Below, one piece after another: positions 51,031 through 60,793 of a stretch of DNA of 64,000 bases. Made by a program: the position numbers and the translations under genes. The DNA is from a virus (Duplodnaviria > Caudoviricetes), in the IMG/VR virus record IMGVR_UViG_3300037418_002116; one strand, written 5' to 3'. Every line of letters begins with the position of its first letter. Position 1 is the stretch's first letter. Below the pieces are notes generated by a model. That model was not told where the DNA came from. It worked only from the letters and a program-made list of their open reading frames with translations, and searched no databases.

Positions 51031-52119
51031 TTATTCGGCTGAATTGTTTTCCAATGTATCATCTTCTTCGGATGCTGTCAAGTCCATTTCTTGTGAAGAT
51101 GAACCAAGACTAAAGTAAGCTTTAGCAGCTACTTCAAGCTTTTCAAGAATATCCTGTGTGAAATACTTAGCAGGGTCTTCATTGATATGCTTTTCAAAAT
51201 GCTTTGAACCATCCGGCATTTGATATTGTGTGGAAACTTTCTTGATAATACCGGAAGATGCCGCCAATGGCAGCAAACCGTAATAGCGATCCACACCCTT
51301 TTGGAAGTGGAGCTTGATTGCGATCTTGCGGCCTTCACGGGAGAATCGGGACTTCTGCACGTTCACATGGATGATATTGCCATCATGAACGGTCACGTCC
51401 TTACCACCGATCTTGACCTTTTCGGTATCCTTTTCCTTGGTCAAACCAAGGATGGTCGATGCAGCGTATTCCAGACCGCCACCACCAGCCATTTTCTGTG
51501 GTGCACCATAGCTCATAATGTCGGTATATGAGTGAGCGCATACGAACATTGGGATGTTCAGCTTACCAAGCTTCTGTGTCGCCGTGCGGAACAGTGAGCG
51601 AACGCCTTGCTGCTTGGTCATGTCACGCACATCTTTGCCGTTCAGGCCATCCGTGTCTTCCTTGATCGATGGCAACATGCCAAGCGAATCGAGAACCATG
51701 ATCACACGCTGGCGTTTGTCTTCCGGCAGAGTGCCATAGGCATCCAAAAATTTGAGCGCCTTGGTCTTGAATTCTTCGATGGTTGCCGGTTGCTGAATGA
51801 ACACACGGTCGGGATCGATATCACGACGGAGCAAGAAATCTTCGTCAATGGCAAATTCGGTATCGAAAAAGAGAGCCTGTGCAATCGGATCACTCTGCAA
51901 AAGAGCTTTGACGGCTGACATGGCCAAGTAGGTCTTGCCTACACCCGCCTTTGAGTGGACGGCGGTAATTCTGTTGTTTGGAATGCCGCCCCATATGGAT
52001 GTTGAAACAGCGGCGTTTAGGATGTATGAACCGGTATCGAGAAATCCGGTAGTGACGACTGGACCAGAATATTCGGGGTCAGCCTCTTGAATAAGCTTAA
52101 GAAAGGACTTGTCCTTCAA
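51031..52119 (-). CDS. uvsX: UvsX RecA-like recombinase
   Basis: DTGSYILNAAVS..IWGG, GVGKT, FFDTE, LDSLGML, MAGGGG..YAAS; TTG start. Confidence 0.95.
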   Translation of the reverse strand: MKDKSFLKLIQEADPEYSGPVVTTGFLDTGSYILNAAVSTSIWGGIPNNRITAVHSKAGVGKTYLAMSAVKALLQSDPIAQALFFDTEFAIDEDFLLRRDIDPDRVFIQQPATIEEFKTKALKFLDAYGTLPEDKRQRVIMVLDSLGMLPSIKEDTDGLNGKDVRDMTKQQGVRSLFRTATQKLGKLNIPMFVCAHSYTDIMSYGAPQKMAGGGGLEYAASTILGLTKEKDTEKVKIGGKDVTVHDGNIIHVNVQKSRFSREGRKIAIKLHFQKGVDRYYGLLPLAASSGIIKKVSTQYQMPDGSKHFEKHINEDPAKYFTQDILEKLEVAAKAYFSLGSSSQEMDLTASEEDDTLENNSAE

Positions 52120-52239
52120 ATGTATTACCTCTTAGTTGTATCGTGTGGTGAAATGTCGTTAATTTTACGTCGCCCATTTCTGTGAAGCGACATAAGTATT
52201 TAGACACTACGACCAACTAAGAGGTTTAGTCAGAATCCT

Positions 52240-52602
52240 TTATTTACTTAGTAGTTCTTTCTCTTTCTCTAAGAGTTCTAACCATAGTTCTTTCAGAGCG
52301 AAATAAGCGTTCAACTCACATTCATATCGAACGACGTTATACAGTTCTTCTTCGATAGGAATTCCATACAATTCTTTGATTCGTTCTTCTGGTGGACGCA
52401 GAGACTCTATAGCCATAGAACGTGCCACATAGGCTCTATATCCAGCTTCTAAATCTTTTCTTGGGTTATCCAATTCATTTACGATTCCACCATCATACAT
52501 GTAATTTTCGAGTAGATTCTTATCAGAATTCATCTCTTCTATAGGTCTATCTTTGTATGCGGTAATATCGGCAAAAAGCCTATCGTAATCCCATCTGTTC
52601 AC
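52240..52602 (-). CDS. Hypothetical protein
   Basis: Likely GTG start at 52602 (GTGA overlap); a longer TTG start at 52662 is possible. Confidence 0.6.
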   Translation of the reverse strand: MNRWDYDRLFADITAYKDRPIEEMNSDKNLLENYMYDGGIVNELDNPRKDLEAGYRAYVARSMAIESLRPPEERIKELYGIPIEEELYNVVRYECELNAYFALKELWLELLEKEKELLSK

Positions 52603-52862
52603 CTTGTCAGTGCCAGAAATTCCTTGATCTTCTTTTCCAATGTCTCTGTTCTGTTCGGCCAATAGATATAGTCATCCTTCCCGGTTGAATGAAGATTGGC
52701 GAGCAAAGGCATCACCAATTCTTCAATCTTTTTTAAACGATCTTTGTATTCTTCAATAGTCACTGTTTGTTCCTCCACCACACTCTTTTGCGTGGTGGAG
52801 AAACCGAAATCGTTCTGTGTAGAGTAATCTTTGATTATGGAATTGATATCCGAAACAGCCAT
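52599..52862 (-). CDS. Conserved T4-like hypothetical protein
   Basis: DFGFST...LLANL...YIYWPNR; TAATG coupling to the polymerase. Confidence 0.8.
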   Translation of the reverse strand: MAVSDINSIIKDYSTQNDFGFSTTQKSVVEEQTVTIEEYKDRLKKIEELVMPLLANLHSTGKDDYIYWPNRTETLEKKIKEFLALTR

Positions 52863-55393
52863 TAAACCCAGAGTCCTTCCAATGTACTAATCTCTTCCTC
52901 TCGCCAGCCAATGACCTTGTTCATTGTTTGCACCGGACCCAAGAAAGTCTTTTCAAATTGTACGTCATAATCTATATATTCGTCCAAACCCAATTCCGGA
53001 GGAAGAGAGCGTGGCGCACAGATGACGTTTTCACCAATTGGGTTCGGTAGTTTCAAATAGCACTGCTTGATCTTTTCGCCTTCGAAGATAGGTTCGACTT
53101 CCAAAAGACCGTGCTTGGCCACGTAATGATTGTACAGAAGCGCACCACGCACGTGCATGGGCACCGCAACACCCTTTGTTCGGTTGTAAATGAAGGTTCT
53201 ATCACCATACTTATCCAAGCCCTTACAACCCTTGGGAGCCGCAACCTCTTCAAAAGGCAGAGTGTAGAATTCTTCCCTAACTTTTTTGACGAAATCACGC
53301 ATGGTGGCTTCGTCTTTTTTCAGAACAATCTCATAGTATGCTTTGAGCTTGTTTCTACAAAATTCCGGAGTGGTTGTCTTGACGCCTTCCAATCCGGTGA
53401 TTTCAATAGAAGGCTTGTCGTATTTGATCTTTTCGTTAGCCAGAACGTGATAAAGATATCTCTTCTTCGCCTGAATAACCATCGTATCGCAGATTTTCTC
53501 TTGCTTCATGAAGAGCTTATCTTGATACGAATTCATCATTTTGCCGACTTCCTTGAAGGCGACATCCAACGCAATCTTTTGGATTTTTTCTTCTGCAAAT
53601 TTGATAAGGAAATCTACAATTTTATCCTTATCGGTTAAGCCAAGCTTTTGGATGAACGGATCAAAATTCACAATGCAAGAGTCGGTATCGGAAGCGATAA
53701 CCCAATCCAGATCGAAACCCGTGATTTTGTTCATGTAACCATTAATCGCTCTTTCAGCGGCCTTAATGATCATTTGACCAAATTTGGTGATCGACTCCGC
53801 AATGCGAAGGTCATAGAAGCGGAACCCCTTGTTTCCGGACGCTCCATACAAAGCATTGATCGAAATTTTCTTGTTCTGTTGAAACACGTCGTATTTCAGA
53901 ACTTCACTTTCAAGCTTGGCAATCAGCGCCTTGTCTTTTACAGCCTTGGCGTGTTGTAGATCGTCCTTTGCCTTGTTCATGAGCTTCTTATATTTTTGAC
54001 GATCATCAAAGAAGCTTTGGACGATTTCAACCATGAAGGACGTGAAATTTCTGGTGAATGTCACACCAGATGCCGACATGGAGAGATTGTTCTGTTTTAA
54101 ATACTCTTCGTAGCCATGCGATTGTCCTAGAAGCAGAGCGTCGAGCGACACGTCCAGTGTGTCACGGATGGTATCCGGGCCGATGTTCGCTTGTAGGTAG
54201 ATCGATGGATACAGGGACGTGATATCGAAGCCCATGACCCATTTGTGGCGCTTGGGTTCGGGTTCCTTGACCAGAGCGCCCATGAACTGGCCTTCGTCGC
54301 CAGTCTCTTCAATTTTGGTAATCGGAACGATAATGTCACGATCTTTGAGATATCCATAGATGATGGAATCCCAAAGCTTCGTCGGCATGAAACATTCAGA
54401 CATATTGATCTTGGCAGAATATGCCATATTGTAGATCAATCGCAAAATGTTCAACTTACTTTCCATTCGTTGAACAAGATTGGCGTCTTTGATGTTGTAC
54501 TCATAGAAAAGTTGTGGATTCTGTTCATACAGTCCGGCGAGCGAACCATATGCCTTGTAATCCACCTTCTTTTCACCAAGAACGACATGCGCAACGGTAT
54601 CGAGCTTGTTATCGTCTGGATTTAGGTGTGGAGGACGGAACTTTTTGAAGGAAAGCAGATAATCAAGATCGATGATACCATAGATATCAAAAATTTCGAT
54701 TTCCTTGCCACGATAGGATTTGATGTTTCGTGGTTTGATGATTCCCCATGGCGACAAACGCTTCGCCCAACTCCAACCAAGCACCGCTGTTATGCGTCGA
54801 ATCATGTAGGGCAAGTCGAAGGCGGTCGTATTCCAGCCGGACACGGCGTCCAAGGCGAGCTTTTCCCACACCTTGACGAAGTGCCGAAGCATCTCGTATT
54901 CATTCTCAAACCAGAAAAACGTCGTGCCATCCGGAGCCTTGAAATCCTTCATGCCCCAGAGATACGTTTTGTCGCCAACCACCAGACCGATTGCGGTCAC
55001 TTCCTTGGTCGCTTGGCCTTCTTCCGAGTGCCCGCCTCTCGAATCGGTTTCGATATCGATAAAGCCGGTCTTAATCAGACTGTCGTCATAATCGATTTCA
55101 TCGGGAAACTCTTCATGGATGAAGGCATTAACCCAATTCTGTTGTCCATAAACTTGGAAATTTGCAGCGGCTTCGAAATTTTTCAGGAAATCTCGGGCCT
55201 TGCCAATCGATGCAAATTTGATTGGAGCAAGGGATACACCATGGTATGATTTCCGAATGGCGTTTTCTGCTTTGGAAGGCGTATAGAGAGTTGGCTGATA
55301 TTTCAGGCGCTTCTTAAATGGTTTGCCGTCTCTATAGCCACGAACAAGAATGTCATCGAACTGCTGTTCGACTTTCGTATAGAACGTTGAAAT
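52862..55393 (-). CDS. 43: Family B DNA polymerase (T4 gp43-like), ATT start
   Basis: DIET exonuclease motif, FDITSLYPS, KISINALYG, ASDTDS, KKRY; frame open 131 codons upstream of the tracked start with no ATG/GTG/TTG; GGAG, 7 nt, then ATT gives MSTFYTKV...VRGY..G...KY.PTLY. Confidence 0.93.
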   Translation of the reverse strand: MSTFYTKVEQQFDDILVRGYRDGKPFKKRLKYQPTLYTPSKAENAIRKSYHGVSLAPIKFASIGKARDFLKNFEAAANFQVYGQQNWVNAFIHEEFPDEIDYDDSLIKTGFIDIETDSRGGHSEEGQATKEVTAIGLVVGDKTYLWGMKDFKAPDGTTFFWFENEYEMLRHFVKVWEKLALDAVSGWNTTAFDLPYMIRRITAVLGWSWAKRLSPWGIIKPRNIKSYRGKEIEIFDIYGIIDLDYLLSFKKFRPPHLNPDDNKLDTVAHVVLGEKKVDYKAYGSLAGLYEQNPQLFYEYNIKDANLVQRMESKLNILRLIYNMAYSAKINMSECFMPTKLWDSIIYGYLKDRDIIVPITKIEETGDEGQFMGALVKEPEPKRHKWVMGFDITSLYPSIYLQANIGPDTIRDTLDVSLDALLLGQSHGYEEYLKQNNLSMSASGVTFTRNFTSFMVEIVQSFFDDRQKYKKLMNKAKDDLQHAKAVKDKALIAKLESEVLKYDVFQQNKKISINALYGASGNKGFRFYDLRIAESITKFGQMIIKAAERAINGYMNKITGFDLDWVIASDTDSCIVNFDPFIQKLGLTDKDKIVDFLIKFAEEKIQKIALDVAFKEVGKMMNSYQDKLFMKQEKICDTMVIQAKKRYLYHVLANEKIKYDKPSIEITGLEGVKTTTPEFCRNKLKAYYEIVLKKDEATMRDFVKKVREEFYTLPFEEVAAPKGCKGLDKYGDRTFIYNRTKGVAVPMHVRGALLYNHYVAKHGLLEVEPIFEGEKIKQCYLKLPNPIGENVICAPRSLPPELGLDEYIDYDVQFEKTFLGPVQTMNKVIGWREEEISTLEGLWV

Positions 55394-55417
55394 ATGGGGA
55401 CTCCGAATGAATGGTCT

Positions 55418-55487
55418 ATTATATAGAATCTCGCTCTTCGAGTCAAGCGAAACAATCTATTGACTTCTGTATGATTTTGATTATATT
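55418..55487. promoter_or_regulatory. Divergent sigma70-type promoter pair
   Basis: Minus: TTGACT (55441-55446), 17 nt, TATAAT (55418-55423); plus: TTGACT (55460-55465), 16 nt, TATATT (55482-55487). Confidence 0.8.
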
Positions 55488-55510
55488 AATTATGAATATG
55501 GAGAGAGAAC

Positions 55511-55711
55511 ATGGATGTAATGTTGATGGATGATGCAAGGCGCATAGCTCTTGCTGCCGTGGAAGTGAAGTCGGCCAAAGCCTTTCGACAAGCATTGATC
55601 ATGCTTGGCAAGGAAGGCGGCGAACCGGCCATGGCCCAACTTGCCGCAATCAAACTGGCCTTGAAGGAAAAGGACTATTCCTTGGCCGAATCAATCGGAA
55701 ATCGATCATGA
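55511..55711 (+). CDS. Early hypothetical protein
   Basis: GGAGAG RBS, first gene after the plus-strand promoter. Confidence 0.75.
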   Translation: MDVMLMDDARRIALAAVEVKSAKAFRQALIMLGKEGGEPAMAQLAAIKLALKEKDYSLAESIGNRS

Positions 55712-56109
55712 AACGCAATGATGTGGTAATGATCGCCAAGCCAGATTTATACCGACTCTATGGGCGCATCGTGCGCATCATTGACGATAAGGCTTTGTGG
55801 ATATGTTGCGGTTTACACATCCATCTCACACCAATTTCAATGCTCGAAAAGGTCGATTATGTCGGCACGTGGGAGTGGTGCCACAGTGATGAAGTGGTCA
55901 ACTATTATCACAAAGATAAGGATGGTTACCCCACGTCATGGGTTCCCCGTTGGTCACGTCCACCGCATTTCCAGTACATGCCTACTTTGCGCAAGCTGAA
56001 ACAGATGGCTTCCCGCTATCACAAACGCAATGTCTGGAAAACACCACTCGATTATGAATTTCTAACGAAAGAGGATCAGGATGAAAACAGTGACGGAGAG
56101 GCAGATTGA
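55708..56109 (+). CDS. Hypothetical protein
   Basis: 133 aa, ATGA overlap. Confidence 0.75.
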   Translation: MKRNDVVMIAKPDLYRLYGRIVRIIDDKALWICCGLHIHLTPISMLEKVDYVGTWEWCHSDEVVNYYHKDKDGYPTSWVPRWSRPPHFQYMPTLRKLKQMASRYHKRNVWKTPLDYEFLTKEDQDENSDGEAD

Positions 56110-56248
56110 AAAGGCACTCGAATGGATGAAGAATCATCCGGAAAAGGGTTCATCCGTCTCTGAACGGGCACAACAAGCCTCTTGGCGCTTTCATGTCGAT
56201 CAAATAGACCTATTGGAAGCATGGAGAATTAAGAACGGGGGCAGTTAG
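56081..56248 (+). CDS. Small hypothetical protein (55 aa)
   Basis: GAGG RBS; MKTVTERQIEKALEWMKNHPE... Confidence 0.6.
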   Translation: MKTVTERQIEKALEWMKNHPEKGSSVSERAQQASWRFHVDQIDLLEAWRIKNGGS

Positions 56249-56262
56249 CCCCCGTCTTTTTT
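56235..56262 (+). terminator. Intrinsic terminator
   Basis: ACGGGGGC/GCCCCCGT stem followed by CTTTTTT. Confidence 0.8.
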
Positions 56263-56264
56263 CG

Positions 56265-56360
56265 TCACTGTGTGTCGGTCGGTGTCGTGTCGACATACTT
56301 TTTGTAGGCCCAATAGCCCACGGCGACAACGGCGACAAGGATTACGATATCCCAAAGCAT
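56265..56360 (-). CDS. 31-aa single-pass membrane peptide
   Basis: GAAGGA RBS; MLWDIVILVAVVAVGYWAYKKYVDTTPTDTQ*. Confidence 0.7.
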   Translation of the reverse strand: MLWDIVILVAVVAVGYWAYKKYVDTTPTDTQ

Positions 56361-56377
56361 ATTTGCATTTCCTTCGT

Positions 56378-56791
56378 TTAGAGGTTAAGTACTTTCTTGA
56401 CATCAGCCGGTCGGTATAGGTCCGACTTCATGACTTTGCCAAACTCGTTATAAACGGGCTTGCCATCTTTATCGAGTTTGGACATGTTGGAAGAATGAAC
56501 TTCCTCAAATACCTTGTCGATATCGATTCCAAAATCAACAGCCATTCCATAGCAGACATATAATAGGTCTGCAAGCTCTTTCGCAAGGGCAGAAATGTTA
56601 ATTTCTTCTGCATCTAATGTGTTGAGATATGGGTCGATTTCAGCCATCAATTCTTTGTATTCTTCCGCTATCAGCCTCTTTCGAAGCACTACAGACGAGT
56701 ATGCAGGAATTGTGGGCGTATCATTTTTTAGAAGGTTGAAAACTTCATGGAACTGCCTAACTTGTTCGAAATTGGTCAAGCGGCTTCCCAA
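56378..56791 (-). CDS. MazG/PRA-PH-like NTP pyrophosphohydrolase
   Basis: VRQFHEVF, LIAEEYKE, KELADLLYVCYG, EVHSSNMSKL, GKVMK. Confidence 0.9.
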   Translation of the reverse strand: MGSRLTNFEQVRQFHEVFNLLKNDTPTIPAYSSVVLRKRLIAEEYKELMAEIDPYLNTLDAEEINISALAKELADLLYVCYGMAVDFGIDIDKVFEEVHSSNMSKLDKDGKPVYNEFGKVMKSDLYRPADVKKVLNL

Positions 56792-56976
56792 TACAATTCT
56801 TCGTCTTCCTGAATTGCTTCAAGCGGCGAATAATCTTCGTTATAGTAATCATCCCAATGTTCGGGAGCGCCATAACGAGCGATGGTTTCTGCCGAAAGGC
56901 CATAGACAGCTTCCATAATTTCATGGAGTTCAGTCAGCCAATTGGCGAAATCGTTTGTGTGGAGGGTCGTGGTCAT
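56776..56976 (-). CDS. Small acidic hypothetical protein
   Basis: 66 aa, ATGA overlap with regA. Confidence 0.7.
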   Translation of the reverse strand: MTTTLHTNDFANWLTELHEIMEAVYGLSAETIARYGAPEHWDDYYNEDYSPLEAIQEDEELYWEAA

Positions 56977-57425
56977 TGTGTAGTCACCTGTTTTGATTTT
57001 CCGATTGTATATTTTGCCGTCAAGGTCCAGTCCTTCTTTTCTTTGTAGGAAATAACCTTGATCTTCCCAAGCGGGCAGACCGGCTCTTTTGTCTTTTCGG
57101 GCTCAACGATCTTGATCAATCCCCATTGTGCCAAGAGGTTGGCAATCGCATTGCGACGGGCTAGATCGTCTTCCGAGAAATTCGTTGGCTTTCCATCCAA
57201 CAAGAACATTTCCTTGAAATGAACCAAGGCGTATTTTCCCTGCTTATGCAGGATGTGGCAGGATTGAAACAACTCTTTCTTGGTAGAGGAAGCGGAAGCT
57301 ACGCCGATTCTGGTAAGAGTTTCTTTTACTTTCAAAAAGTTATCCGGTTCCGGAAGTTCAATCCACACAAAATTTTCAGTTACATTACTGTAATCTTTTT
57401 GTTCTGGTACATTCTCTGTAGTCAA
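56973..57425 (-). CDS. regA: RegA translational repressor
   Basis: PDNFLKVKETLTRIG, LFQSCHILHKQGKY..VHFKE, RRNAIA.LL.QWGL, KYTIG; TTG start. Confidence 0.96.
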   Translation of the reverse strand: MTTENVPEQKDYSNVTENFVWIELPEPDNFLKVKETLTRIGVASASSTKKELFQSCHILHKQGKYALVHFKEMFLLDGKPTNFSEDDLARRNAIANLLAQWGLIKIVEPEKTKEPVCPLGKIKVISYKEKKDWTLTAKYTIGKSKQVTTQ

Positions 57426-57435
57426 TAGTATTTCC

Positions 57436-57810
57436 TTATTTCGCTCCCCCTTGGTCGAGGGAATCCATTAAATTTTTCAATTCAGTTTCAGTCAATATAT
57501 CCATAATTTCCACCGCCCTATCATAGCGAATGCCAAGCTTTTGTGCCAAAAGGACGGTATCAGCGTCTCTTTGCGGCTTGACCCACTTACTAAACCGACG
57601 TTTCTTAGACGTGGCATAATAAAGGAATTCATAATGTTGTTTTGCAGAAATTTCCGGGCACATGTTCAACTCGTTAGCGAGGAATATCGTGTCGGGAAAA
57701 AATGAGAAAGCCTTGTTGATAATGTACTCTGAATAATCCTTTTTGTCAATATCTTCGTTGAAGGAATATTCCTTGTCGTTGATGCTCTTGACGAAATCCC
57801 AAGGGTTCAT
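57436..57810 (-). CDS. 62: Clamp loader small subunit (gp62-like)
   Basis: Y..YIINKAFS...DTI..ANELN, QHYEFL...KKRRFSKW.K; TAATG overlap with gene 44. Confidence 0.9.
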   Translation of the reverse strand: MNPWDFVKSINDKEYSFNEDIDKKDYSEYIINKAFSFFPDTIFLANELNMCPEISAKQHYEFLYYATSKKRRFSKWVKPQRDADTVLLAQKLGIRYDRAVEIMDILTETELKNLMDSLDQGGAK

Positions 57811-58742
57811 TATGCGTAGCAATCCGCCATTATTTCTGTCAGCATCGCAGCCGTGTTGATTTCACGGTTCGATACGAACGCATTCTGGTAATCATACTTT
57901 GAAAGAATGAGAATCAGATATGGGATTTTTTCCGGTTGGATGGAAGCTGGAATCTGATTGTACAAGTCTTGGATGAACAATGAGAAATCCAGATCGGCAT
58001 TTTCCGCTACCCATGTGCGCATATCCTGAAACTTCTGTGATTTCAGAATCTTGATCACGTCGGCGGCACTCGACTTTTGCGAGAGGATACCGGCATCAAT
58101 AGGTCCAGTCTTGGCATATTTTTGAAGCTGATTGATCGTCTTGCGAAGATCAGGGAAGTTTTTGTTGACAAGGCCAGCGACCGCCTTGATATCGTGCTGA
58201 ACGTTTTCCGCCACCAGAATGTCACGAATGCGACGAACAGCGCCTTTCAGAAGCTCGGGCTTTTCATCAGCCGGAAAGACGAAATCCACCGTAGCGCAAC
58301 GGCTCTTCAACGGATCGATGATCCGATTTGAAAAGTTGCAAGTCAGAATGAAACCACAATTCACGGAATATTCTTCCATGAAGTTTCGCAGCGCCGGTTG
58401 GAACGAATTCGGGTTCAAATAATCCGCTTCGTCAAGGATCACGACCTTGCGGGAGTCACCGAAAACCGAAATGGTGGAGGCGAACTGCAAAATGTCGTTT
58501 CGCAGTGTGTCGATGCCGTTCGACATAGAGCCGTTGATAACGGTATAGTCGATACCCATTTCTTGGCACATCGCCTTGGCAACCGTCGTCTTGCCTGTAC
58601 CGGATGGGCCGGTAAGCAGCAAATCCAACATTTCTCCCGAGGCAACGATTCCGGCAAATTCTTTTTTGATATGAGTAGGCAACACGCAATCTTCAATGCG
58701 TGTTGGACGGTACTTTTCCGTCCACTTTACTTGATTAAGCAA
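57810..58742 (-). CDS. 44: Clamp loader large subunit (gp44-like)
   Basis: WTEKYRP, GPSGTGKT, ILDEAD, SRC; TTG start. Confidence 0.96.
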   Translation of the reverse strand: MLNQVKWTEKYRPTRIEDCVLPTHIKKEFAGIVASGEMLDLLLTGPSGTGKTTVAKAMCQEMGIDYTVINGSMSNGIDTLRNDILQFASTISVFGDSRKVVILDEADYLNPNSFQPALRNFMEEYSVNCGFILTCNFSNRIIDPLKSRCATVDFVFPADEKPELLKGAVRRIRDILVAENVQHDIKAVAGLVNKNFPDLRKTINQLQKYAKTGPIDAGILSQKSSAADVIKILKSQKFQDMRTWVAENADLDFSLFIQDLYNQIPASIQPEKIPYLILILSKYDYQNAFVSNREINTAAMLTEIMADCYA

Positions 58743-59429
58743 TTATATTTCTCCGGAATTATTCGCTTCACATGGAATGATGTATGTCAAATCCATATTC
58801 TTGGACTTGAACGTCAATAGTTTGTTTTTGGAGATAGCCACATCGTATGAGTGCATCAAAATTTTTAAATTTTCGACCTTCACCACATACCGAAATTTTT
58901 GATCGGACTCGCCAATCTTATAGCTCATGCCATCCTGTAGCCCGGCCTTTGCCGCCGCACCTTCCTTCATGTTCACGGTCTTGACATAGATTGACTCGCC
59001 ATCAGCTTCGATGGAAAGCTCTTCATGCGAGTAAAGGCTTACCGCCTTCATGATCGTTTTGAGATTTTCAGCCGTGAATTCGAACGAATAGATCGTCTCT
59101 AGGACGTTTAGATTTTTATCCTTTGGTGGCCAGACAAAGAGGGAAGGATTGCAGTAGCGATACGTCGCTTTGTGCGAACCTTCCTCGATTGTCACTTTGG
59201 TATCGTCAAATGATAGATCAGGGTCTTTGAAAAGAGATAGAATGCCAAGGAACATGGGCAAATTATAAACGCCGCAGTCCTTTGGGAATTCCTCTTTCAC
59301 ATTCGCTTCCGCATACACCACGTTCAATGGCGTGATGATGCGTTGGCGATGACCGGCAAGAAACATGATGGATTGGTTGATAGTCGAAAAATTCTGTAGA
59401 ATTTCCACAGTTTCTTTAGATATTTTCAA
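58743..59429 (-). CDS. 45: Sliding clamp (gp45-like)
   Basis: MKISKETVEILQNFSTINQSI, GVYNLPMFLG.LSLF..P; TTG start. Confidence 0.93.
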   Translation of the reverse strand: MKISKETVEILQNFSTINQSIMFLAGHRQRIITPLNVVYAEANVKEEFPKDCGVYNLPMFLGILSLFKDPDLSFDDTKVTIEEGSHKATYRYCNPSLFVWPPKDKNLNVLETIYSFEFTAENLKTIMKAVSLYSHEELSIEADGESIYVKTVNMKEGAAAKAGLQDGMSYKIGESDQKFRYVVKVENLKILMHSYDVAISKNKLLTFKSKNMDLTYIIPCEANNSGEI

Positions 59430-59432
59430 TAC

Positions 59433-59936
59433 TTACTTCTTTTCCAATGAAAAATGATATAGAATGACCAGATAATGGATGGCCTTTAAAATGTCTTTTG
59501 GATTATGACCTTCCTTTTTACCATATCTTGCGGTATATTTCAAGACATTTCCTTTGAGGAAATCATATGAATCCGAATTTGCCATGATGAAATCGAGCGC
59601 CTGAATGCCGTCTTTCTCGGAATAGTGTCCAGCATACGTCGAATCGATATATGCTTTTGCCTTTTCAAGGATTGCAGATTCATTGAACTTGTAACGAACC
59701 GCTGGAATACTCATTTGGGTAATGGAAATTGTTCCATCCATCGGAATGCCACCGAAAGTCGCATTAGGAGCGCCAGAGGTCGTTGGTGCATATGGATAAC
59801 TTGCGGTAGGTGGCAAATTCGGATAGATACCAGTTCCCAACGGAGCGCCAGCGGTTGTAGCATGGGTAGAGAACGACGACAGGGTGTTTGAATTGCCCGG
59901 AACAGTTTCTAGTTCGGTTATTTTACTTTCTGCCAT
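59433..59936 (-). CDS. DUF3310-like protein with low-complexity N-terminus
   Basis: YIDSTYAGHY, FLKGNVLKY.ARYGKKEG...DILKAIHY. Confidence 0.75.
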   Translation of the reverse strand: MAESKITELETVPGNSNTLSSFSTHATTAGAPLGTGIYPNLPPTASYPYAPTTSGAPNATFGGIPMDGTISITQMSIPAVRYKFNESAILEKAKAYIDSTYAGHYSEKDGIQALDFIMANSDSYDFLKGNVLKYTARYGKKEGHNPKDILKAIHYLVILYHFSLEKK

Positions 59937-60781
59937 TACTTCAACCCCTTCACTTCGTTCTTGTCGGCGGTTGGGCTCATGCCCGTGGCCGCAACGGCAG
60001 GAAGGTTACCAACGAATTTGGTTGTTCCGATGTGATGAACTTGCATCCATGGGCAAAGCGTGACGTTGATACCCATGGCACGGGATTCCTGACAGAAGAA
60101 ATAATCTTCCGAAAGATGCCGTTCATTGATGATAGGGTCTTGGAAATAAGCCATGATCCTACGGTCACCGTCAAAGTTCTTCGAACGGACATGATCCGGC
60201 TTGTAGAGATATTGCGGACGCTGGTCATTCCACACTTCAAAGATGGAGCGATTAATCAGCATGAAGCCAGTTCCGATTTCCAACACGTCAATCGGTTCAT
60301 CGATCTTGTATTCGCCATCCTTGGCAGGATTGAACACAAAGTCGCCAGCATAGTTTTCTAGGACAAATGGGTTCTTTTCGGCATAGCCGAGTTCAACAGC
60401 CCGCTTGACCTTTTCCCAAGCAATAGATTTCTTTGGATAAGCAGCGCCTATGATACCCTTCGAAGGGTCGTTCTGGGTGATTTGGAGCATCCCAAAAACG
60501 TCCATAGGGCTGAATTCAATGTCCGAATCGATGAACAGCAAATCCGTAAAGCCAGATCGCATGAATTCATCAGCGCTATAATTTCTCGCTCTTGTAATGA
60601 GCGATTCATTGAATAGTGCGAAAAAGGTATTCTTGATACCATATTGGGTAAGCATACCCGTCAAATCGAGGACGGATTTCATATAGAAACCCGAATTGTT
60701 TCCGCCATACATTGGCGTGGCGATAAAGACGGAACGTTCTTTTGATAGTGTTTCTACATCTATATTAATTTTAGTATTCAT
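59936..60781 (-). CDS. Glycosyltransferase-like protein (GT-A)
   Basis: FIATPMYGG, NESLITRARN, LFIDSDI, IGTGFMLI, LSEDYFFC. Confidence 0.8.
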   Translation of the reverse strand: MNTKINIDVETLSKERSVFIATPMYGGNNSGFYMKSVLDLTGMLTQYGIKNTFFALFNESLITRARNYSADEFMRSGFTDLLFIDSDIEFSPMDVFGMLQITQNDPSKGIIGAAYPKKSIAWEKVKRAVELGYAEKNPFVLENYAGDFVFNPAKDGEYKIDEPIDVLEIGTGFMLINRSIFEVWNDQRPQYLYKPDHVRSKNFDGDRRIMAYFQDPIINERHLSEDYFFCQESRAMGINVTLCPWMQVHHIGTTKFVGNLPAVAATGMSPTADKNEVKGLK

Positions 60782-60793
60782 TAATTCCCTTGG

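Noticed and set aside
55001-55393. Frameshifted, split or truncated DNA polymerase
   Set aside because: The frame is continuous; the ORF track simply lacks ATT as a start codon
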